Part shown: positions 36,355 through 46,212 of the stretch, in pieces | Numbering within the stretch: the first letter of the stretch is position 1 | Layout: each line of letters begins with the position of its first letter | NCBI GenBank assembly: GCA_028715625.1 | Contig: JAQURL010000001.1 | Coordinates: 36,345-100,344, forward strand | From: Candidatus Margulisiibacteriota bacterium | GTDB lineage: Bacteria > Margulisbacteria > Riflemargulisbacteria > GWF2-35-9 | Length of the DNA stretch: 64,000 nucleotides | Reading direction: 5' to 3' | Program-made: the position numbers and the translations under genes | Notes under the pieces: model-generated | The model's database searches: none | What the model was told of the DNA's origin: nothing | What the model saw: only the letters and a program-made list of their open reading frames with translations

Positions 36355-37758
36355 GTGAAAAATTTTTCTTCAACCTGGTTAATAATAAGTATAGCAATAT
36401 TTTTTCGGCTTTGCCTGGCCTTTCTTATACCTCCTTCAGCCGATGAAAGCTATTACCTGTTATGGGCCAAACATCCGGCATTATCTTATGTGGATCATCC
36501 TGGCATGATTGCCTGGATCAATATTCTTTTTATCTTCATTTTCAGGGAACCATTATTTGCTATACGCTTAGCCTCCTTATTTTGCCTTGGCAGTACACTT
36601 TTTTTTATATACAAAAGTTCTTTTTTATATAGTGGGAATAAAGAAAACGCCGCTCAGACAACTTTGTTTTTCCTTTTAATACCATATATTTTTATTGTTG
36701 GAATAACCATGCAGGTAGAACAACCCCTCCTTTTATTTTCTTCCATGATCATTTACTTCTTTTTAAAGCTTGAACAAACACTCAATGTCAGGTACTGGTA
36801 CATCTTGGCTATGGTATCCGCTTTGTGCTTGCTGAGCAAATATACAGGTGTTTTACTTATAGTTTTTCTTTTTGGTTACATACTCTATAAAAAAGAGCTT
36901 AGGCAGCTTGTCCGCTCTAAAGAGTTTCTGATTTCGTTAGTTTTGTTCTTTCTTGCCTTATTACCCCTGATATTATGGAATATGCAAAATCAATTCATTT
37001 CCTTAAGCTTTCATGCAGCAAGACTTGGTACTCAGCTTAATTTTTCCGGTTCAATAGATTTTCTGTTGGAACAAATACTTTATTTTTCTCCATTTGGTTT
37101 GTTTTATTTAATAAAAGCAATAAAAAAACAACCCAAACATCTGTTTCTTATTTTAGGGTTATTTATTTTTATCTCTTTTCTTTTTTTAAGTATGTATACC
37201 AAGGTTTGGGGGCACTGGACTGCTATCATGTATATACCCCTTGCTATTTATATTGGCATAATCTTAAACGGCATATTAATAAGAGCTAATATTTTACAAG
37301 GTTTCTTCACAATACTTCTCGTGGTAATTCTTCTGTTTACAGGACCGGCAGTACTTATACACTACCCCAAAATAATGAAAAATTATAGTCTGGGAAAAAA
37401 CCTCGAACCTATTATTTATTCTTTATCCGACAACCTGTCAATAATTTCCGACTTCCATGGCTCTGTAGGACAATTGTCCTATTATTTAAATAAAACTGTC
37501 TATTTCCCCCAAGGCGAGTTCAAAAACCCCGCAGCTTGGGGCTCAAAACAATTCAGCCTTTGGTTTATGCCAAAAATTAAAACGAATGATAATGTTTTAT
37601 TTTTTACTAAACCAGATGAAGAAAAAATTGCGCATCTAAAAAAGATATTTAAAGAGGTGGAAGTTTTACCTAATCCAGTGCTGACGGTTATGGAAGGTCA
37701 TATTAATGAAAAACGCTTCCTGCTATGTAAATCCGCTAGATTTGACTTCATTTTTTAG
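36355..37758 (+). CDS. GT-C glycosyltransferase, ArnT/PMT (GT39/GT83-like) family
   Basis: Multi-TM. N-terminal loop PPSADESYYLLWAKHPALSYVDHPGMIAW typical of the ArnT/PMT DE-containing first loop. Confidence 0.6.
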   Translation: MKNFSSTWLIISIAIFFRLCLAFLIPPSADESYYLLWAKHPALSYVDHPGMIAWINILFIFIFREPLFAIRLASLFCLGSTLFFIYKSSFLYSGNKENAAQTTLFFLLIPYIFIVGITMQVEQPLLLFSSMIIYFFLKLEQTLNVRYWYILAMVSALCLLSKYTGVLLIVFLFGYILYKKELRQLVRSKEFLISLVLFFLALLPLILWNMQNQFISLSFHAARLGTQLNFSGSIDFLLEQILYFSPFGLFYLIKAIKKQPKHLFLILGLFIFISFLFLSMYTKVWGHWTAIMYIPLAIYIGIILNGILIRANILQGFFTILLVVILLFTGPAVLIHYPKIMKNYSLGKNLEPIIYSLSDNLSIISDFHGSVGQLSYYLNKTVYFPQGEFKNPAAWGSKQFSLWFMPKIKTNDNVLFFTKPDEEKIAHLKKIFKEVEVLPNPVLTVMEGHINEKRFLLCKSARFDFIF

Positions 37759-37861
37759 TCTAAATCCTTCATCCTTCCTTCTTAACCTTTCTTTTCTATT
37801 CCCTCTCATCTGGCCGTTATGATAATTGACATCCAACTTGTTAATATGTTGTAATGTTCTC

Positions 37862-39247
37862 ATGATAAAAACAATCATTTTGGCTGGTGGCAGCGGTACC
37901 CGACTGTGGCCTTTATCACGCACTACTTACCCCAAGCAATTTATTCAACTTTTCGAAGATAATAGCTCTTTGTTTCAGAAAACATTATTACGTAATAAAA
38001 ACAGTGAATTTTTAATTGTGACTAATGAAACTCAGTATTTTTTGGTAATTGATCAGGCGGCCGATATTGGTGTCAAGCAGTTATCTTTTGTGCTGGAGCC
38101 TGTCGGCAGGAATACTGCCCCGGCTATTGCTTTGGCTTGCTTATCATTGAAACAGGATGACATAGTTCTCGTGACCCCGTCTGACCATTTGATTAATAAT
38201 ATTGACAACTATCAACGTCTGTTGCTCAAAGGTCAAACCCTTGCCGAAAAAGGGTTTTTGGTAACATTTGGGATAACACCTGACTACCCTGCCACAGGCT
38301 ACGGCTATATTGAAGCAGAAGGTGAAAATGTATCGTCTTTCAAAGAAAAACCCGATATTAAGCAGGCGCAATCCTATCTTAAAAAAGGGAATTTCTTTTG
38401 GAACAGCGGTATGTTTATGTTTCAAGTCAGCACTTTTTTGAATGAATTAAAAGAATATGCTCCCGACATATATGAATACTCAAAAGATGCATTTAAAAAA
38501 GGTATTTATGAGCCAACTCATAAGACAACCCGCATACTGGAGTCGGATATGAAAAAAATTCCGGCAAACAGCATAGATTATGCCATAATGGAAAAAAGTA
38601 ATAAGGTGAAAATGGTCAAAGAAGATATAGGCTGGTCAGATCTGGGCAGTTTTGATGAATTATTTAAAATTATTAAAAAAGATGAATCAAATAACGCTGT
38701 AATCGGCAAGCATGTCTGTATAGATTCAGAGGATAACCTGATAATTTCCAAAGGCAATAAACTTATAGCCACTATAGGGTTAAAAGACATTATTATAACC
38801 GAGACAGCGGATGCGATTCTTGTTGCCAAGCGAGGAGATTCTCAAAAAGTAAAAGAAATTGTTCAACTTTTGGGCCAGGACAAATCACCGCTTCTGGATG
38901 CGCATCTTACCGTGCACAGACCATGGGGCTCTTATACTGTTTTGCTGGAGGAGCCCAACCGCTATAAAATAAAAAAAATTGTAGTTAAACCAAAAAATAA
39001 ACTATCCTTGCAAAAACACTTCCATCGTAATGAGCATTGGGTTGTAGTAAGTGGTACAGCTAAAATTCAAAACGGCAAAAAAAAGTTAATTCTTCGGGAA
39101 AATGAATCAACCTATATTCCCATGGGGCAGACACACAGATTGGAAAATCCCGGCAAAATTGATTTGGTAATGATTGAGGCGCAAGTAGGTCAATATCTAA
39201 ATGAAGATGATATAGTACGGCTCGAAGATGAATTTAACAGGGTTTAG
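37862..39247 (+). CDS. manC: Mannose-1-phosphate guanylyltransferase / mannose-6-phosphate isomerase (bifunctional, cupin C-terminus)
   Basis: ILAGGSGTRLWPLSR...PKQF NTP-transferase motif. C-terminal cupin PWG...HRxEHW. Start set at the internal ATG. Confidence 0.8.
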   Translation: MIKTIILAGGSGTRLWPLSRTTYPKQFIQLFEDNSSLFQKTLLRNKNSEFLIVTNETQYFLVIDQAADIGVKQLSFVLEPVGRNTAPAIALACLSLKQDDIVLVTPSDHLINNIDNYQRLLLKGQTLAEKGFLVTFGITPDYPATGYGYIEAEGENVSSFKEKPDIKQAQSYLKKGNFFWNSGMFMFQVSTFLNELKEYAPDIYEYSKDAFKKGIYEPTHKTTRILESDMKKIPANSIDYAIMEKSNKVKMVKEDIGWSDLGSFDELFKIIKKDESNNAVIGKHVCIDSEDNLIISKGNKLIATIGLKDIIITETADAILVAKRGDSQKVKEIVQLLGQDKSPLLDAHLTVHRPWGSYTVLLEEPNRYKIKKIVVKPKNKLSLQKHFHRNEHWVVVSGTAKIQNGKKKLILRENESTYIPMGQTHRLENPGKIDLVMIEAQVGQYLNEDDIVRLEDEFNRV

Positions 39248-39264
39248 GGTTCCCTTTTAATACT

Positions 39265-40392
39265 ATGATTTCCGGCACTTTCTATATATTTACTTATGGT
39301 TGTCAAATGAATAAAAATGATTCCGAGCTTATGGCTGGAATCCTTACAGAGGAGTGTTTACTACAGCAAACAGATAAAGCGGATCAGGCTGATTATCTGA
39401 TATTTAATTCCTGCGCCGTTCGAGAAAATGCTGAAACAAGGGTATTTGGTCGTATCAGAGAATTTGCCGGTAGAAGAAAAAAACAAAAATCTTCACAAAA
39501 AATAATTCTGGCCGGCTGTATACCGCAATATGAAAAAAACAATATCTTTAAAAAGCACCCATATATAGATTATATAGTAGGAGTTAATTCCATTGAATTT
39601 TTACCTCAACTACTCTCTTCGAATACAGAACGCATAAGCCTTTCAGTTAATAAGGATACAAATTTTGTGTTCAAAAATATTCTTAGGGATAGTCGAAAAC
39701 AGGCCTGGATCCCAATCATGTTTGGATGTGACAATTTTTGTTCTTACTGCATAGTGCCTTATACACGAGGCCGTGAAAAAAGCAGGAAAAAAGAAGACAT
39801 TTTTAAGGAAATAGAATCTCTTCACTCTTCTAAATACACAGAAATATTTTTACTCGGACAGAATGTTAACTCCTATGGCAAAAACCTGTACATGGATTAT
39901 GATTTTACCGATCTATTAACTGATATTCATAAGTATTCCCATATATCGAAAATTGATTTTCTTACTTCACACCCCAAGGATATATCTGAAAAACTTATTA
40001 GAATAATTGCCAAAAGCCCCAAAATAAATAAAGAAATCCATTTTCCTCTTCAGGCTGGCGATAACGAAATCCTGAAAAAAATGAACCGGGGTTATAGCTA
40101 TGAACAGTATAAGAACCTGGTTCTGCTTATTAAAAAAATCATCCCCGATGTTAAAATTTCTACAGACTTGATTGTTGGCTTTCCCGGGGAAACGGAAAAA
40201 CAGTTTCAAAATACTGTAAAAGCAGTCCAGGAACTGGGATTTTACAGGGTTAATACCGCTGCTTTTTCTCCCAGAAAAGGCACTAAAGCAGCTGAAATGG
40301 ACAAACAGATTGATGAAAAAACCAGACATACAAGGCTTCTGCTTTTACAGAAGGCTGTAGACGAGTATGCTTTCTCCAAAAATACGGGTTGA
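39265..40392 (+). CDS. Radical-SAM methylthiotransferase (MiaB/RimO family) lacking a C-terminal TRAM domain
   Basis: MTTase N-domain FYIFTYGCQMN...FNSCAV. Radical SAM GCDNFCSYCIVPYTRG. Ends at about aa 375. Confidence 0.7.
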   Translation: MISGTFYIFTYGCQMNKNDSELMAGILTEECLLQQTDKADQADYLIFNSCAVRENAETRVFGRIREFAGRRKKQKSSQKIILAGCIPQYEKNNIFKKHPYIDYIVGVNSIEFLPQLLSSNTERISLSVNKDTNFVFKNILRDSRKQAWIPIMFGCDNFCSYCIVPYTRGREKSRKKEDIFKEIESLHSSKYTEIFLLGQNVNSYGKNLYMDYDFTDLLTDIHKYSHISKIDFLTSHPKDISEKLIRIIAKSPKINKEIHFPLQAGDNEILKKMNRGYSYEQYKNLVLLIKKIIPDVKISTDLIVGFPGETEKQFQNTVKAVQELGFYRVNTAAFSPRKGTKAAEMDKQIDEKTRHTRLLLLQKAVDEYAFSKNTG

Positions 40393-40450
40393 AAAAACAA
40401 GCTTTTCGTAGTTTAATTTAGGGGTCATGATTAGCCCTTCTGGTAGAAAA

Positions 40451-41380
40451 ATGAAAATATTTTCTGGCAGTTCTCATCCCAAACTGGGAGACGAAATTGC
40501 TCAATACCTTGGCATTTCTTTAGGTGATATCAAATTCTTCCGTTTCAGCTGTGGCGAAATCTTTACAAAAATTAATGAAAGTATTCGCGGAGTTAATGTA
40601 TTTTATATTCAGACTGCGTCTGACAATGTTAATGATAATTTAATGGAACTTTTTATTACTATTGATGCCATTCGCAGGGCCAGCGCCAGAACAATATCAG
40701 TAGTTATCCCTCATTTCGGCTATGCCAGGCAGGATAAAAAATCCAGTCCAAGAGAACCGATTTCAGCGAAGCTAATGGCCAATTTGATCACTACCGCGGG
40801 AGCCACCAGAGTTATAACCATGGACCTGCACGCCGACCAGATCCAGGGCTATTTCGATATCCCGGTGGACCACATAACAGCTTTACCTTTGTTTGTAAGA
40901 TATTTTGAAAACAAAAAATTAAATAATGTTGTTGTGGTTGCACCTGATACCGGCAGAGCAAAAACCGCTAAAAAATTTGCAGACCGCATCAAAGCAGAGC
41001 TGGCTATTTTGCATAAAACCAGGCCGGAACATAACAAGGCTGAAATAATGCATGTTGTTGGTGATGTTAAAGATAAAACCGTTATTTTATTTGATGATAT
41101 GGTTGATACTGGTGGTAGTGTTACACAGGGACTCGATGCGCTTAGGAAAAATGGTTGCAATCAAGAAATGTACCTGGCAGCCACCCATGCTGTTTTCTCA
41201 GGGCCGGCAATAGAACGTTTAAGTAACGCCGGATTTAAAGAAGTTGTAGTTACAAATACTATTCCGATTCCCAAGGAAAAAAAATTCCCGGGCCTAAAAA
41301 TATTATCAACAGCACCGCTTTTTGCCGAAGCTATAAGCAGAAATCATAACAATCTTTCCATCAGCGAAATTTTTAACTGA
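40451..41380 (+). CDS. prs: Ribose-phosphate pyrophosphokinase
   Basis: MKIFSGSSHPKLGDEIA.... PRPP-binding loop DDMVDTGGS. Confidence 0.85.
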   Translation: MKIFSGSSHPKLGDEIAQYLGISLGDIKFFRFSCGEIFTKINESIRGVNVFYIQTASDNVNDNLMELFITIDAIRRASARTISVVIPHFGYARQDKKSSPREPISAKLMANLITTAGATRVITMDLHADQIQGYFDIPVDHITALPLFVRYFENKKLNNVVVVAPDTGRAKTAKKFADRIKAELAILHKTRPEHNKAEIMHVVGDVKDKTVILFDDMVDTGGSVTQGLDALRKNGCNQEMYLAATHAVFSGPAIERLSNAGFKEVVVTNTIPIPKEKKFPGLKILSTAPLFAEAISRNHNNLSISEIFN

Positions 41381-41382
41381 AC

Positions 41383-43509
41383 TTATTGTTCTAAAAACTC
41401 TTTAACCCAACCACCATTTTTATTCTCTAGAGAAACTGGTGCGGCAGGATCATTTTCACGACTGCTGTCAGGACCATGAATATCACAATAATCTTTGGGG
41501 TCATGTCCAGGCCAGTATTTTTCAGTTGAGGTAACCGGACAATAAGCTGTGGCTCTTTTACCTGATGTCCAGCAGATATTCACAGGAATTAAACCTTGTG
41601 GCTTTGGGAATTCCATCTGTGGAACATTTATTAAGGCAACCTTCATAAACTCTTTCCATATTGAAGCCGGAACCATACCACCGGTAACTTTACGCATTGG
41701 CGTGCCATCATCATTGCCCACCCAGGTGGAAACCACCATTTGTGGGATATAACCTATAAACCAGGCATCTTTATAATCACTGGTAGTTCCTGTTTTTCCG
41801 GCCATAGGTCTGGGAAGTTTGGCAGCTTGCCCGGTACCGTTCTCAACAACGCCCTTCATCATATCAACCAGCGTATAAACCAGATTGGAATCGAAAACTT
41901 TCTTGCTTCTGATGTCTTCACGATACAAAACAACACCATTACGATCTTCAATTTTCTTGATAAACACAGGTTTGAAAAGAGTACCACCATTGGCAAACGC
42001 TCCATAGGCCGCGGTAAGTTCGGTCATGGAAACCTCCTGGGTACCCAGAGCCAAGGATAAAACCGGCATAAGCGGAGTTGTTATACCAAATAAACGTGCT
42101 GTTTCTATAACACTCTCTGGCCGAACCATACTCACCATCTTTACCGCCACAACATTAATAGATTTTTCTAAGGCTGCCCTCATAGGTAATCGTCCTTCAT
42201 AAGTAAGAGTGTAGTTAGTAGGAGCATAAGGTCCCATAATGGTATTGAAAACTACCGGGGAATCGTTAAAAATCGTGCCTGGTGAAAGCTGTTTGGACAG
42301 GGCAGTTAAATATACGAAAGGCTTAAAGGCAGAACCTGGTTGCCTTCTGGCTTGGGTTACCTTGTTAAACTGATTATTTAAAAAATCGTAACCCCCTACC
42401 ATGGCAATCACATAGCCGGTATTCGTATCCATAGCCAGCAATGCACCCTGGCTATAGTTAAGGCTTGCTGCTTTGCCATCTTCTATCGCTTTATCCACTG
42501 CCTTTTCAGCTGCCATCTGCATTTTATAATTAATTGGAGTATACACCTTTAAACCACTATTATAAGCAGCCTCTTCTCCATATAGCCCCACCAACTTATC
42601 AATTATCATACTGGTTACGTATGGAGCCTTGTATTTTAATTTCCTGCGTGGTGAGATTATCAGCGGTTCCTTCATTGCCTCCAGATATTCCGCACGATTT
42701 ATTAGATGTGTTTTGTAGATTCTTTTTAAGACAACATCCTTGCGTGATAAAGTGTCCTTAAGATTTCGATAAGGCGAATAGAATTCCGGGGCTCGCAACA
42801 TGCCTGCCAACATAGCGCTTTCGGCAACAGTCAGTTCTTCGGAGTGCTTATTGAAATACTGCATGGATGCGGATTCTATTCCATAACAATTATTACCCCA
42901 ATAAACCTGGTTCAGGTACATTCCCAGTATTTCATCTTTGGTATAGTGTCTTTCAATTTTAATGGCTAAAAGAACTTCAGCTATTTTTCGTTGTAATCTT
43001 TTTTGTTTAGTTAGAAATAAATGGCGCGCTAACTGTTGGGTAATTGTGCTGGCACCCTGAGCTTTTTCATGTTTGATTATATCCACTACAAGAGCGCGCA
43101 TAATACCAATCGGATCTATACCATGATGACGATAAAAACGTGCATCTTCCAGAGCCACAACCGCTTTTTTCATTGTTAAAGAAATCTTTGAAAATGGAAC
43201 AACCACACGGTTTTCTTCTTTATGCAAATCAGCAAGTATCACTCCGTCTGCCGAATATATCTTGGTTGTTTCGTTGGGTAATGTGTTAGAAATCACAGTA
43301 ACATCGGGTAATGTATACATTAAATATATAACATTAATTATTATAAACAGAGAAACAATAGCAACTATAACCGCCACAACTTTCCAGAAATTGTTAACAA
43401 ATCGTTCTACTTTTTCGTTCCTTTTTTTTCGTCTGTATTTCTTCTGGGGTAACCTTGACCGGCCGGTTTTCAAGCCACTTTTTATAGGCACTCTTCTTTC
43501 AAAGACCAC
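41383..43509 (-). CDS. mrcA: Bifunctional class A penicillin-binding protein (PBP1A: GT51 transglycosylase + transpeptidase)
   Basis: GT51 EDARFYRHHGID. Transpeptidase SAFKPF (SxxK), SxN, KTG-like motifs. N-terminal TM anchor. Confidence 0.85.
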   Translation of the reverse strand: MVFERRVPIKSGLKTGRSRLPQKKYRRKKRNEKVERFVNNFWKVVAVIVAIVSLFIIINVIYLMYTLPDVTVISNTLPNETTKIYSADGVILADLHKEENRVVVPFSKISLTMKKAVVALEDARFYRHHGIDPIGIMRALVVDIIKHEKAQGASTITQQLARHLFLTKQKRLQRKIAEVLLAIKIERHYTKDEILGMYLNQVYWGNNCYGIESASMQYFNKHSEELTVAESAMLAGMLRAPEFYSPYRNLKDTLSRKDVVLKRIYKTHLINRAEYLEAMKEPLIISPRRKLKYKAPYVTSMIIDKLVGLYGEEAAYNSGLKVYTPINYKMQMAAEKAVDKAIEDGKAASLNYSQGALLAMDTNTGYVIAMVGGYDFLNNQFNKVTQARRQPGSAFKPFVYLTALSKQLSPGTIFNDSPVVFNTIMGPYAPTNYTLTYEGRLPMRAALEKSINVVAVKMVSMVRPESVIETARLFGITTPLMPVLSLALGTQEVSMTELTAAYGAFANGGTLFKPVFIKKIEDRNGVVLYREDIRSKKVFDSNLVYTLVDMMKGVVENGTGQAAKLPRPMAGKTGTTSDYKDAWFIGYIPQMVVSTWVGNDDGTPMRKVTGGMVPASIWKEFMKVALINVPQMEFPKPQGLIPVNICWTSGKRATAYCPVTSTEKYWPGHDPKDYCDIHGPDSSRENDPAAPVSLENKNGGWVKEFLEQ

Positions 43510-43587
43510 TCTTTGCTCCTTGCTTTAAAACTTTCCAATATGATATATTATCAAAGATTACCTATTCATTAAAGGACTTTTCACACA

Positions 43588-44766
43588 ATGGACGAAGATT
43601 TACTTAAAGGTATTGAAGAAATAATCAGTTTGGAAGAACTTGAAAATCTTCTGAAAAACAATAAAAAATTAAAAATCAAATGGGGTGCCGACCCCAGTGC
43701 TCCTGACCTGCACCTCGGCCACACGGTCGTTCTTAGAAAACTCAAACGTTTTCAGGATTTGGGTCATGAAATAATCTTTCTAATCGGAAACTTTACCGCG
43801 ACAATAGGTGACCCATCCGGCAAGTCTAAAACAAGAAAACCTTTAACTGACGAAGAAGTATTAAGAAACGCCAAAACATATCAGGAACAAGTTTTTAAAA
43901 TTTTAGACAAAAAAAAGACGGTTGTGGTTTATAATGCCGACTGGCTAAATAAGCTGACCTCCAAAGATTTGATTTTATTAACAGCCAAGTATAACGTAGC
44001 CCGCATGCTGGAAAGAGATGACTTTAAGCAGCGTTTCAAAAAAAACCAGTCTATCAGCTTGCATGAATTTATTTATCCGTTATTACAGGGTTATGACTCT
44101 GTCCATTTAAAAGCGGATATAGAAATCGGCGGTACTGACCAGAAATTTAACCTGCTGGTAGGCAGGCACTTGCAGAAAGAATACGGACAAAAATCTCAGG
44201 TCGTAATAACTATGCCGATTTTAGAAGGACTGGACGGTACAGAAAAAATGAGCAAAAGTCTGGGCAATCATATCGGTCTGACAGACACTCCCAGAGAAAT
44301 GTTCGGCAAAATAATGTCCATACCCGACAAATTGCTGGTTAAATATTATGAATTGCTTACTGACTACTCCGCTTTGGAAATAAAAACCATGCAAAAAGAT
44401 ATACAATCCGGAAAAATTAACCCCAGAGACCTTAAGGTAGCTTTAGGCAAAATTATTGTGGAGCAATACCACGACAAGGCCGCTGCAGCTCAAGCTGAAC
44501 AGGATTTTATCCAGATGTTCCAAAAAAAAGAAATCCCTGATGAAATAGCGGTAATCGAATTAAAAAAGGACGAATATAATGTCAGCAGCTTGTTGCTGTC
44601 CTGCGAGTTAGTTGCCAGTAACAAAGAAGGCCGCAGAATGATTGAACAAGGTGCGGTATCAATAGACGGACAAAAAATAACCGATCCTCTTTTCAAGATT
44701 TCAACAAAAAACGATTGCGTTTTGAAGGTAGGCAAACGTAAGTTTGCCAGAATCAAATGGCAATGA
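43588..44766 (+). CDS. tyrS: Tyrosine--tRNA ligase
   Basis: HLGH and KMSKS motifs. C-terminal S4-like domain. Confidence 0.9.
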   Translation: MDEDLLKGIEEIISLEELENLLKNNKKLKIKWGADPSAPDLHLGHTVVLRKLKRFQDLGHEIIFLIGNFTATIGDPSGKSKTRKPLTDEEVLRNAKTYQEQVFKILDKKKTVVVYNADWLNKLTSKDLILLTAKYNVARMLERDDFKQRFKKNQSISLHEFIYPLLQGYDSVHLKADIEIGGTDQKFNLLVGRHLQKEYGQKSQVVITMPILEGLDGTEKMSKSLGNHIGLTDTPREMFGKIMSIPDKLLVKYYELLTDYSALEIKTMQKDIQSGKINPRDLKVALGKIIVEQYHDKAAAAQAEQDFIQMFQKKEIPDEIAVIELKKDEYNVSSLLLSCELVASNKEGRRMIEQGAVSIDGQKITDPLFKISTKNDCVLKVGKRKFARIKWQ

Positions 44767-44767
44767 T

Positions 44768-45775
44768 CTAGTTGAGGTCAGAAAAACTGGCAAATGGTTT
44801 GGCAGACAGCGGTGTCGAAAATCCCTTTTTATAACGATAATATCCGGCCGAAGCAATCATTGCTCCGTTATCGGTACAGTACTTTAAGGCAGGAAGTGCT
44901 ATTTCATAACCGCTTCTTTTTGTAATCTCCTCACGTAATAATGAATTCGCAGAAACTCCGCCTGCAACAATTATATGCTTGACCTGAAACTGCTCAGCAG
45001 CCAAAAAAGTTTTTTGGACCAACTCCTGAATAAGCTTGTTTTGCAAAGACGCGCAAAAATCCTTGATAATTTGCGAATCTTTGGGTTTATCGACAAGATT
45101 ATATTCTTTGGCTAGTCTGATAACGGCGGTTTTTAGCCCACTGAAGCTGAAATCAAGTGGCGCCGGTGTTTTTACGCTGGGAAATTTGAAAGCTTTCTTG
45201 TCGCCTTCTTTTGCCAGTCTGTCTATAATCTGACCTCCGGGATAGCCCAAACCTATTACCCGGGCAGATTTGTCAAAAGCTTCTCCTATGGCATCGTCCA
45301 GTGTATTGCTTATTAACTGATATTTAAACTCCTTTTTTATCAGGATTAACTGGGTATGCCCGCCTGATGCAATCAATGCCAGCGCAGGGAATACAAATTC
45401 TTTCTCTTCATCACAGAGATTGGCATAAATGTGCCCCTCAATATGGTTCACTCCAATAAAAGGAAGGTCCAATGTATAGGCCAATGTCTTCCCGGCTGTA
45501 AAGCCTGTGCTCAAAGCTCCCAAAAGCCCCGGCCCCTGAGTAGCCGCAATTAAATTAATATTTTTAAAAACAATTCCTGCCTTTTTTTGCGCTTCTTCCA
45601 AGACGGGGATAATTTTTAGGACATGCAGACGGGAGGCCATTTCCGGAACAACTCCGCCATATTTTTTATGAAACTTAATTTGTGACGATATAATATTAGC
45701 CAAAACCTTTCGGCCGTTTTCAATAATCCCAATCGAAGTTTCATCACAAGACGATTCTATACCAATGGTTATCAT
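44768..45775 (-). CDS. tsaD: tRNA N6-adenosine threonylcarbamoyltransferase TsaD
   Basis: MITIGIESSCDETSIGI.... Kae1/Gcp metal-binding H..H and YPGGQ-like regions. Confidence 0.9.
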   Translation of the reverse strand: MITIGIESSCDETSIGIIENGRKVLANIISSQIKFHKKYGGVVPEMASRLHVLKIIPVLEEAQKKAGIVFKNINLIAATQGPGLLGALSTGFTAGKTLAYTLDLPFIGVNHIEGHIYANLCDEEKEFVFPALALIASGGHTQLILIKKEFKYQLISNTLDDAIGEAFDKSARVIGLGYPGGQIIDRLAKEGDKKAFKFPSVKTPAPLDFSFSGLKTAVIRLAKEYNLVDKPKDSQIIKDFCASLQNKLIQELVQKTFLAAEQFQVKHIIVAGGVSANSLLREEITKRSGYEIALPALKYCTDNGAMIASAGYYRYKKGFSTPLSAKPFASFSDLN

Positions 45776-45816
45776 TTTTCTGGTTAAATCATATTGGGAA
45801 ATAAATATTCTGTAAA

Positions 45817-46212
45817 TTGATATTTTCCAGACAACATATTAAAATAAACTTAATCATGAAACCTTTCTTTCTTTTTTTGGTTTTGTGCCTGGGTTTTTGT
45901 TTTTCTATTTCAACCGATAAATATGAGGCGTATAACAAGACTAAATCCGACCTGCTTATTCTCACCAACAAAAAAATCAGCCTTGCCGATAAAATCTTTG
46001 AATCAAAGAAACTCCTGGCCAAGCTTAATTTTGCATCTGTAGCCAATAACTATAATTCGGAAGATAATCAGGAGCACAAAAAGTCTATGCATGTGGAAGA
46101 ACGAAGATCAGACCTTTTAAGCCAAATAAAAAACTGCGAACTGGAAATGGATAATATTGAAAAACGTATTAACCTTTTAAATCAGAATTTAAGATATTAT
46201 CTGTCTAAATAG
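45817..46212 (+). CDS. Hypothetical secreted coiled-coil protein (start probably 45856)
   Basis: Signal peptide MKPFFLFLVLCLGFC, then charged coiled-coil. Confidence 0.35.
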   Translation: MIFSRQHIKINLIMKPFFLFLVLCLGFCFSISTDKYEAYNKTKSDLLILTNKKISLADKIFESKKLLAKLNFASVANNYNSEDNQEHKKSMHVEERRSDLLSQIKNCELEMDNIEKRINLLNQNLRYYLSK

